DNA of 64,000 nucleotides from Flectonema sp. DT1601 (Eukaryota): NCBI GenBank assembly GCA_964019425.1, contig OZ025789.1, forward strand, positions 372,001 to 436,000, given 5' to 3'. Below the pieces are notes generated by a model. That model did no database searches. It saw nothing but the letters and a program-made list of their open reading frames with translations, and had not been told where the DNA came from. Numbering within the stretch: position 1 is the first letter of the stretch; every line of letters starts with the position of its first letter. Shown here piece after piece: positions 55,629-64,000 of this stretch. A program made the translations under genes and the position numbers.

Positions 55629-58600
55629 ATGACTGATTGCAATGAAAGCATTTTGACAACAGGAACGACTGACTCGCATTCATACAGAACTAGATACCTG
55701 ACGAAGGAATTAATAGAAAAATGTGGAGGTAGTGAAGATCTTGGGCAACTCGAATACCTTCAAATTAAACTACCTCAGGGAGAGAAGATAAAACGAATTG
55801 AAAATTTAGAATTAGTCCCTCGATTGGAGAAGTTGATAATTCAACATCAGAAGATACAGCGGATTGAGGGAATCGATAAGTTAATTAATTTAACATTTCT
55901 AAGTTTGAAGGGAAACAGCATCGAGTTTTTCGATTCAATTTCAACGACGGGTCACGTCGTCAATCCAAGAGAGCTAAAAGAGCTTCCTACGCTACCACAA
56001 TTACAGCATTTGGATTTGTCAAAAAATTGCATTTCGATTTTGCCAAGTTCGCTTTCGAGATCGTTTCCTTCTCTGAAGCAGTTGTTGCTTTCTGACAATG
56101 TGATTTGTGATATAACGAAAATATCACCTCTCAGGGGATGTAAGAATTTGGAAATTTTAAACTTATCTCGTAACTCAATCGCGAGTAGTCAAGAACACTA
56201 TCGTTCTTTTGTTGTTCATGCTGTTCCTTCTGTTAGTATGTTGGACGACATCGAAGTGGATGAGAGTGAAAGAATCAGCGCTAACACTCGATGGCACAGT
56301 GATGAACTGATTGTGAGAGATAATCAAATAAAGGAACTGAAAACAGAACTCAGATCAGTTCAAAAAGAAACGGAAACACTAAAACAATCAATCGACTCAA
56401 AGCAATCCGTAATAGAAGTTAATGAAACACTTATGAAGAAGAAGACTGCTGATAGTCATCGTGTTGATGTAAAGCTTTCAGACCTTCAAAAATTATCCGA
56501 CAAAAGAGGTGATCAAATATCTGAATTACTAACAGACCTGATCCTCGTTAAAAGTACTCTCGGAGAGCTTTTACTAGAATTGGATAGTTGTGATATGGAT
56601 TTCGTGGTCACTGATTCAGTCAAGGAAGTTATGTGTAAGGCTTCTCGCATTTCTTCTTCAGCTGATTCTCTACCATCAGGAAACGTCACAGAAAAAGTTC
56701 TAAGTCTTGAGCACACAATAGCACGTAGACATCAACACCTATTCTCATCTCCTGCTGAGCAAAAACAAGCTGCCGATACTGAAATTCAAGTTGCTACATT
56801 GGAAGCAAAATTACAACAGGCGAAGGCTACTGAAGATTCTCTTTTGGAAAAGATAAGACTGATGTCTCCAACAGATAATTCATTAATTGAACCACAATCA
56901 CAAATAACTGAATTAAAACAAGAGAATCAAAAAGATGATAATAACGAGACTGATAGTCTTATTCAATCCCTCAAAGAGGAATTAGCAGCAGCCAACGACA
57001 TCATAAAAACTCATGAAGACACGTCACTTCTTGAGAATGAAATAGCTCATTTAAATGAGCAATTGATACTTCAAGAGGAGGCTGCTAATAATGAGCTATC
57101 TACTGCAATGCAGGCATACGATGATAAAATAATCGATTTGGAAACTGACTTGACCTCTAAAACGAATGCGATCGACAAGTTGATTACAGATTTGGAATCT
57201 TCGAAAGCGAAGACGGCCAGTCTCGAATCCGCCATGTCGGAGTTGCAGACTGAATTGATTGTGATATCAGGAAGGAATCATGTATTAGAGCAAAATGAAA
57301 CATCGATGGCACAACAGTTGGAAGACGCTAATATTTCATCAGCTGACAACACACATCAAGTTAGAAGGTTAGATCAGTTGTCAAACGATAACACACTTCT
57401 GGTTGAAGAAAATGATGCCCTTCGAAGACGAGTTGACGACTTCACAATTTCTGACGATTTCAATTCAGAAAAAATAGCCGACCTTCACGGAGGGATCTCT
57501 GAACTGAAGAATGAAAATGAAGAACTCCGAGTTCACTACAACAACGCGATTGAACGTTTGGAACAATCTGAACAACACTCCACGAGATTGGAATCATCTG
57601 AACATCAACTGATTGAATCACAACAAGAATGTCAGAGCGTAGTAAAGTTACTTGAAAATCGCGAAAACGAAAACCAGCGAATGAAATCGCAACTGCAGGA
57701 ACTTCAAACAGAACATGAAAACCTCAAAGTCAACAGCAATCAGAAGCTGATGGATAAAATTGCGAATCTCGAAGATGAGATTGCCCGAAAAGAAGACAAC
57801 GCGTCTGCTAAAATAACATCCCTGCAGGAGAACGTGTTATCTCTTACAAAAGATAAGTCTGAACACATCGTAGCAATTCAGACCATTGATGAACTGGAGA
57901 GTGAAAATAACTCTCTTCAGTCAACTGTTGATGATTTGCAGAACAGATTGGCGTCACGTCAAACACCTGACCGCTGCTCAAATTGTATCAATCTGATACG
58001 AGAACTTGGAGATCATCAAACAAATGAATCTCTTCATCAAATAGTAATCGACATTAGAAATGAGTTGTCGCGTTTTAAGAACGACAATATTAATCTTCGA
58101 GAACGTTTATCTGATGAAACTGTTCGCGTGACAATCCTGTCTGAGCAGAATGACAACTTAAAACAAGACAAGGCATCTCTTGAAAATAAACTGAAAAACA
58201 ACACCGTTTTAGTGGCAGAACTTCGCAAACAGATTCGCTCACTCGAAGATCAGCTTTCTGACGGTCTGACAGGAGAAACATCCGTAGCTGAGGTAGTGAT
58301 ATTAAAGAGACAGATTCAACACTTGGAAGCTGAGAATAAGAAGTTATCAGATCAAAATAAAATGATGTTAGAAGAATTAGAAGCGACTCCAAACAGCGGA
58401 AGCTCATCGAGCGATGCTCAGGTAAAGTCAGCGAGGAAGAAGATAGCAGAACTACAATCAGACAACACGGCGTTACAACTTCAATTAAACGATCTGTACG
58501 ACTCTGGAATTGTTCAATGCGACTCACCAGATTCAAATGCGTTGATGGCGAAGCTTTCAAAAGCAAAGACTTCAATTCAGTTGCTTCAATCAGAGAACAG

Positions 58601-61600
58601 TTCTCTCCATGGACAGCTTCGTGACCTACTCGGATCGACAAAGAAGAAAAGTGATCACCTAAATATGGAACACCAATTACAACAGGTTAAAAAGAAAGTA
58701 GCTACCCTCGATGAACAAAAAGAAATCCTTCGTGGCATCACCACCATTGAGAAGGAAAGAGCTTCCCTTCAGGAACAAGTTCAGATTCTTTTAGAAGAAG
58801 CGTTAGCTGGTCAGAATAATCAAATCGCTACACTTGAACATCGTCTTGAGGGTAGCGAGTGTACTTTGGAAGCACAGATTCAGTTTATCTTGAAAACAAA
58901 CAGCGAGCAATTACAAAAGGCATTGGCTACTGTAACTCAACAGAAGCAAAAAATTGAACAACTCGAACAAGATGAGAACAACAACACCAACGACAACAGT
59001 GACCTGACACTGCAGCTGTCTACTCTGCGGGAGAAGTACTCAGAAGTATTGAGTACGAATGCTGACCTTGAAAATGAGATGGAAACACTAACACTTTTAC
59101 AACAGAAATATAATTCTTCTCAAGTCAGAATTGAAGACCTTGAGAGTCAATTGACTGAAGCAAACGAACTCATTTCGCAGCTGAAATCGAAACTTCAAAA
59201 ACACATTTCCGACACAACTGAAGTCAATGCGGATGTTTCTAACTTGACTTCACTTCGTCAGAAATACTCTGCTGCTGTTGGAACGATTTCTGAACTCGAA
59301 ATTCAAATTGCGGAGTCTTCTCATTTACAACAAAAGTATACCTCTGCTCAGAGTCGTATCTCACTACTCGAGGAGGAGATCAAATCAAATGACCAACTGG
59401 TTACTCAGTTAACAATCCTCCGTCAGAAACACAGTAGTGGATTACTTCAAATAGCAGAGATGGAGGCAGAGCTTCAGGAGGCTGGTTTATTTCAACAGAA
59501 ACACGTTGCTGCTCAAGTGAGAATCTCTCACCTCGAAGAGCAGCTTCAAGCATCGGAGTCTTTACGTCAGAAATACAACGTGGCCCTCACTCGAATTACT
59601 GAATTTGAAATACAACTTGAGGAGAGCTCAACACTACAGCAGAAGTGTGATTCTGCTCAGGCTAAACTTTCTCTTTTAGAAGAACAACGTCAAAGTGATG
59701 GAGAAGCTGCAGCAACACTTTCAGCAAACAGAGAGAAGTATTCTAACGCGTTATCTCAGATCGCTGAACTTGAAATTCAGATTCAAGAAAGTGATTCTCT
59801 GAAGCACAAGTACCAATCAGCTAAATCTAAGATAACGTCACTTGAGGACCGAGTGGGTTCTGCTGATGAAGCGTCGTCCCAGTTGTCTTTGTTGAGACAA
59901 AAACATAGCACTGCAATCTCAGAGATAAATGATCTCAAAATGCAATTGGAAGAAAGTTTTTTACTTCAGCAGAAATATTCTTCAGCACAGAAAAAGATTT
60001 CAATACTAGAAGAAAGATGCAACAGCAACGAAGAAGTATCAACTCAGTTTTCGGCCTTAAGACAAGACCACAACTCAGCACTCTCTAACATTACTGACTT
60101 AGAGATGAGATTAGATACTGCTGCAGGATTCCAACAGAAGTGTTCATCTGTACAGTCAATGCTTCAAGACCAGACTGTCACACTCGATGATACAATTTCT
60201 CAATTAGCTGCAGTTCGACAGAAGCACAGCAAATCAATGTCACGTGTTGTGGAATTAGAATCACAGTTGGAAGATCAGCTTTCTAAAATTGAAAATGAGA
60301 ATACGGCAAACAGTCGCATCTCACTACTCGCAGAGCAAAAGGAAATCCTCGAAAATGAAAATAGCGATCTGCTATCTCAGGTAACGACATTGCGTCACAA
60401 GAACGCAGCTGAGAACAGTACTATTAGTGAGTTGGAACTGCAGGTTGAACAGCTACAAGCTCGTTGTACCTCATCACAAGGAAGACTATCGGTGTTGGTA
60501 CAGCAAAATGAAACTCTTGAGAATGACGTATCAGAATCGTGTTCTCAACAGAACATATTTAGACAAAAGTTAACTGTTGCTACTAATGAAGTATCAGCTC
60601 TGCAACTTGAATTACTGAACTTAGAAAACAGTCATCGTCAGAAGACTGCAGTCCTTGAGGATGATCGTCGTGAGCTTGCGAACGAGCACTCGAAGTGCGC
60701 TGCAAAAATCTCAAATTTAGAAGACGAGCTTCGAACATTACAGCAACACGAATTATTATCAAACAATGAAAGCCTCGAAGATAAGAGCGACGAATTGATT
60801 CAACAGTTGTCACACTTAAGACAGAAACACGCTGCTGTCATGACTAAAGTCTTATTGCTTGAGGAGAAGAACACTTCTCTGATCTCACAAAATGAAAGTT
60901 CTCACAATATCGAGATTGATGTTTTAAAGGATCAGCTCCACAGTGAAATCGCCAACCGAATTCAAATTTCTAACGAACTTCATCAGCAACAGCAATCTAA
61001 TTCTCTTGGTTCTGCTGCAGAAGTGGAAATAGAAATACTGAAAAAGAAACTTCACGAAGAAGTCGATTCTCGTGTTAAACTAACGGATGAAGTTTCACAA
61101 CTAAATCATATTCACATCGAACAGAGTGGAAGTAATTCAAGTCAAGCTGTTGAAATTGAAATACTAAAAGAGAGACTTCGTGATGAGATTGCAACTCGTG
61201 TGAGAATTTCAAGTGAACTTCAAGAAGCTCAACGTCGACTGACAGATTCGACGGATTCAACAGCCGCAATGGAAGTCGAGGCGCTGAAACAGCAGCTGCA
61301 GTCAGAAGTTAATTTGCGAATCAAATTGACATCTGAAGTCTCACAACTAAATCAGCAACTTCAAGAGTCATCTCCATCTCAGACTGTTGAATTAGACTTG
61401 CTAAAGGAACAGTTACACAATGAGATCTCCATTCGATTAAAATTATCAAACGACCTTCAACAACTACAACAACAACACCACCAAACTAACTCAATCAGTT
61501 CTTTCAGTGACAGTGAAGTTGAATTGTTGAGACAACAACTTCACGAGTCTCATCAGTTGAATCGCAAGCTGGAAGAGTGTTCTAACTCTCCAACACAAGC

Positions 61601-64000
61601 CATTGAAGTAGAAGTGTTAAAGGAACAGTTAGAACAGGAGATATCACGTAGATTGAGACTTGCTAGTCAGGTGTCGGAATTACAGCATCAAATTAACCTA
61701 TTAGAGTGTAAGTTGTCGAGTAGCTCTCCTCGTGAGGATCCAACACGACAGCTGGAATGGGGTGACGACCAGGGAGCTGAAATCACAGTTCTTGAACGTG
61801 AGTTACAATCACTTAGAAATCAATACGGTGATCTGTTAGACTCTCACGATTTGCTCAAACTAAAGTCAGATTCGCTATCTACTTCTGACTACTGTCAGTC
61901 ACTTGAAAATGAAATCTTAAAATTGAAGACTCAAGTTTGTGAAGTCGCTGATGAAAATGAGTTTCTCAAATCAAAAATACAACACCTGCCTCCTTCAAGC
62001 ACTCCATTTTCTATTTCAGTCTGCAGCGATTCCATTCCAGGGTCAACTCCTCGATTTCCAGGATCGGAAATTGAGATTTTAAATCTTCAAAAAAGACTTT
62101 CAACGGCAGAAGGTGAACTCTCCTCAAAGAGAGAAAAGGATTTACAGCTGTGTGATTTATCAACAAAATTGGCTGCTGCGAATATTGAAATCGGAAGACT
62201 GAGCGACTTAACTGACGGAATGAACCCGACGGGTGATCACGATTTTAAGAAAATTCAGAATAAATATTCCAGACTTCAATCTGACTATCAGGTCCTCAGT
62301 AATAAGAATGTTAGTTTGCAAGAAGCTATGTATGATTTGAATCAGTCGGCTGATCAGAATGAAGATGCTGAAATTGAATTGGAAATTCTTAAAAATAAAA
62401 TAACTTCTTTGGAGTCTCAGAATCTTAATCTCACAAAGTCAGTAGCAGATCTGTCTAATCAGCTATCAAATAGCGATATCAAGTTTCAGAATATACAAGT
62501 AAAGTTAGATGACCAGACATCATTAACAACACAGACAGAGTTACTGAGAGAGAAAACTCGTTTATTAGAAACAGACAATCAACGGCTTGCTTATGAAGTT
62601 CAACAAAAACTGAGAGAACTCGATGAAAAAGAAACTGAGTGTGAAGCAAGTCAATCAGTCATTGAGAGACTGCAAGTAGCAATTCAACGTAGTGAACAGA
62701 GCAGTGAACGTAGTGAAAAGAATAGATTTGAGATTGATTCTGAGTTAGTTGTTTTGAAAGAGAGGGCTGAGACTGCGGAGTCAAAAGTTCAAACTTCTCA
62801 AAATAGAATTCTATCGTTGGAGTTGGCACTCCAAGAGAGTCAATCAAAGACCAAATCATTTAATGAAATAATTAAAACAATCGGAACTGATGGCACCCAA
62901 ACAGTCCAATTAAATAAACTAATCTCACAAATGTCAGCAGCCTCCAGCAATGAGTCTGTCTTACAAACACAACTCGATACTATTACAAAACAATTGTTAA
63001 CAATGCAAGGATCACCTTCAAAGATCGCAGTACTCGAATCCGAGATTGTTCGACTTCAGGAATTTGAATTAAAACTCTCAGGTCAGAATGCTCTCGCAGC
63101 AGATGAAATACTTCGTCTTGGCTCGGTTGTGGAGGGTTTGAAAACTGATAACAGCAACATGACTATTTCTATAAAACAATTGACATCTGAACTAAACATC
63201 AGCACATCTCGTAATAGTGTTTTACAGAGAGAAGTTGAATTATCACAACACATGGTGTGTACTGATTCTTCTCCATCAACAAACCAATTGACTGACATCT
63301 TATCAAATAACAAACTCCTTGAGACGGAAGTTATTCGTCTGCAGGAAGAACTCGAAGTCACGACGGCTAATCTTCAAAATGATATTTCAAAATTAGAAAG
63401 TCAATTAGAAACTACAAGAACTAACAACAACCTACTTGAAGCTGAGGTTAACCGCCTTCAGGATATTGAGAACAATAACAGCAACGTTAGTGATGGACAG
63501 CATCAGCTGTTGGCTGAAGCAAAAGTACTCCTGGAGTTGGAAGTAAAGAAACTTCGCGATGCGAACACACAATTAGTGTCAGGCTCAGAACAGCTATCTG
63601 AGAATGCTAAGAACACGAGTCAGCTTGCGTTGCAAAACTCTGAACTTCAACACGACAACGTTTCCCTTTCAACTGAAGTTAACAATTTACAAAATCAAAT
63701 ATCGAATCTGAAAGAGAAGATTGAAATCTCTAATTCTGACTACGAAGTTCTCCAAAACGAGTTGAAATTAGTACAAAAAACAGGAAGCGAACACCTGACA
63801 CTTGTTAAACAAGAAAACCACTCTCTCACTTTGAAGATTTCTTCTCTTGAAGTTGAGCTGGAGTCCAAGAAGAACGCAGAGGGTGATCAAACTCCATCAC
63901 CAACTTTCTTACAATTCGAATCGATGAAAACGATAATCGAAAAACTAAACACCGAATGCGATTCCCTAAAACAGGATAATAATTCTCTTCTCATTAAACT
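55629..64000 (+). CDS. Giant LRR + coiled-coil protein, centriolin/CEP110-like (partial, about 2790 codons in window)
   Basis: ATG at 55629; same frame is open at the window end (absent from the ORF track because it has no stop). N-terminal RYLTKELI...KIKRIENLE...IEGIDKL SDS22-type LRRs and an LRRcap HYRSFVV, then heptad repeats. Confidence 0.8.
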   Translation, partial: MTDCNESILTTGTTDSHSYRTRYLTKELIEKCGGSEDLGQLEYLQIKLPQGEKIKRIENLELVPRLEKLIIQHQKIQRIEGIDKLINLTFLSLKGNSIEFFDSISTTGHVVNPRELKELPTLPQLQHLDLSKNCISILPSSLSRSFPSLKQLLLSDNVICDITKISPLRGCKNLEILNLSRNSIASSQEHYRSFVVHAVPSVSMLDDIEVDESERISANTRWHSDELIVRDNQIKELKTELRSVQKETETLKQSIDSKQSVIEVNETLMKKKTADSHRVDVKLSDLQKLSDKRGDQISELLTDLILVKSTLGELLLELDSCDMDFVVTDSVKEVMCKASRISSSADSLPSGNVTEKVLSLEHTIARRHQHLFSSPAEQKQAADTEIQVATLEAKLQQAKATEDSLLEKIRLMSPTDNSLIEPQSQITELKQENQKDDNNETDSLIQSLKEELAAANDIIKTHEDTSLLENEIAHLNEQLILQEEAANNELSTAMQAYDDKIIDLETDLTSKTNAIDKLITDLESSKAKTASLESAMSELQTELIVISGRNHVLEQNETSMAQQLEDANISSADNTHQVRRLDQLSNDNTLLVEENDALRRRVDDFTISDDFNSEKIADLHGGISELKNENEELRVHYNNAIERLEQSEQHSTRLESSEHQLIESQQECQSVVKLLENRENENQRMKSQLQELQTEHENLKVNSNQKLMDKIANLEDEIARKEDNASAKITSLQENVLSLTKDKSEHIVAIQTIDELESENNSLQSTVDDLQNRLASRQTPDRCSNCINLIRELGDHQTNESLHQIVIDIRNELSRFKNDNINLRERLSDETVRVTILSEQNDNLKQDKASLENKLKNNTVLVAELRKQIRSLEDQLSDGLTGETSVAEVVILKRQIQHLEAENKKLSDQNKMMLEELEATPNSGSSSSDAQVKSARKKIAELQSDNTALQLQLNDLYDSGIVQCDSPDSNALMAKLSKAKTSIQLLQSENSSLHGQLRDLLGSTKKKSDHLNMEHQLQQVKKKVATLDEQKEILRGITTIEKERASLQEQVQILLEEALAGQNNQIATLEHRLEGSECTLEAQIQFILKTNSEQLQKALATVTQQKQKIEQLEQDENNNTNDNSDLTLQLSTLREKYSEVLSTNADLENEMETLTLLQQKYNSSQVRIEDLESQLTEANELISQLKSKLQKHISDTTEVNADVSNLTSLRQKYSAAVGTISELEIQIAESSHLQQKYTSAQSRISLLEEEIKSNDQLVTQLTILRQKHSSGLLQIAEMEAELQEAGLFQQKHVAAQVRISHLEEQLQASESLRQKYNVALTRITEFEIQLEESSTLQQKCDSAQAKLSLLEEQRQSDGEAAATLSANREKYSNALSQIAELEIQIQESDSLKHKYQSAKSKITSLEDRVGSADEASSQLSLLRQKHSTAISEINDLKMQLEESFLLQQKYSSAQKKISILEERCNSNEEVSTQFSALRQDHNSALSNITDLEMRLDTAAGFQQKCSSVQSMLQDQTVTLDDTISQLAAVRQKHSKSMSRVVELESQLEDQLSKIENENTANSRISLLAEQKEILENENSDLLSQVTTLRHKNAAENSTISELELQVEQLQARCTSSQGRLSVLVQQNETLENDVSESCSQQNIFRQKLTVATNEVSALQLELLNLENSHRQKTAVLEDDRRELANEHSKCAAKISNLEDELRTLQQHELLSNNESLEDKSDELIQQLSHLRQKHAAVMTKVLLLEEKNTSLISQNESSHNIEIDVLKDQLHSEIANRIQISNELHQQQQSNSLGSAAEVEIEILKKKLHEEVDSRVKLTDEVSQLNHIHIEQSGSNSSQAVEIEILKERLRDEIATRVRISSELQEAQRRLTDSTDSTAAMEVEALKQQLQSEVNLRIKLTSEVSQLNQQLQESSPSQTVELDLLKEQLHNEISIRLKLSNDLQQLQQQHHQTNSISSFSDSEVELLRQQLHESHQLNRKLEECSNSPTQAIEVEVLKEQLEQEISRRLRLASQVSELQHQINLLECKLSSSSPREDPTRQLEWGDDQGAEITVLERELQSLRNQYGDLLDSHDLLKLKSDSLSTSDYCQSLENEILKLKTQVCEVADENEFLKSKIQHLPPSSTPFSISVCSDSIPGSTPRFPGSEIEILNLQKRLSTAEGELSSKREKDLQLCDLSTKLAAANIEIGRLSDLTDGMNPTGDHDFKKIQNKYSRLQSDYQVLSNKNVSLQEAMYDLNQSADQNEDAEIELEILKNKITSLESQNLNLTKSVADLSNQLSNSDIKFQNIQVKLDDQTSLTTQTELLREKTRLLETDNQRLAYEVQQKLRELDEKETECEASQSVIERLQVAIQRSEQSSERSEKNRFEIDSELVVLKERAETAESKVQTSQNRILSLELALQESQSKTKSFNEIIKTIGTDGTQTVQLNKLISQMSAASSNESVLQTQLDTITKQLLTMQGSPSKIAVLESEIVRLQEFELKLSGQNALAADEILRLGSVVEGLKTDNSNMTISIKQLTSELNISTSRNSVLQREVELSQHMVCTDSSPSTNQLTDILSNNKLLETEVIRLQEELEVTTANLQNDISKLESQLETTRTNNNLLEAEVNRLQDIENNNSNVSDGQHQLLAEAKVLLELEVKKLRDANTQLVSGSEQLSENAKNTSQLALQNSELQHDNVSLSTEVNNLQNQISNLKEKIEISNSDYEVLQNELKLVQKTGSEHLTLVKQENHSLTLKISSLEVELESKKNAEGDQTPSPTFLQFESMKTIIEKLNTECDSLKQDNNSLLIK

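Overview
Eukaryotic DNA from an AT-rich protist-like genome with GT-AG introns. All host genes are co-oriented, which suggests a euglenozoan such as a diplonemid (inference). Bases 1-~39900 form one nested transposon stack, dominated by six copies (A-F) of a single restriction-like-endonuclease (RLE, HERO/NeSL-like) non-LTR retrotransposon. This family is unusual in three ways: a ~560-aa in-frame C-terminal extension after the endonuclease, a multi-kb palindromic satellite inside its 3' UTR, and a fixed hairpin 3' terminus ending ...TCGAA. The stack also holds a Helitron (Rep plus truncated Pif1 helicase, intact 5'-TC end), an ingi/L1Tc-like APE-RT element with an in-frame TGA followed by a 2A StopGo motif, a hAT transposase relic, a TA-flanked MITE, a tRNA-like sequence, and a 3.35x tandem of a 1356-bp unit joined to the 5' end of one retro-copy. 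Two interrupted ORFs can be rejoined in frame across insertions. From ~40500 to 64000 there is a second tRNA-like box pair and seven + strand host genes: a spliced double-ALDH fusion, a WD40/coiled-coil protein, a bacterial-type class I/II aminotransferase, two unknowns, an arylsulfatase, and a giant centriolin-like LRR/coiled-coil ORF that runs off the window. All analysis was by eye; junction coordinates may be off by a few bases.
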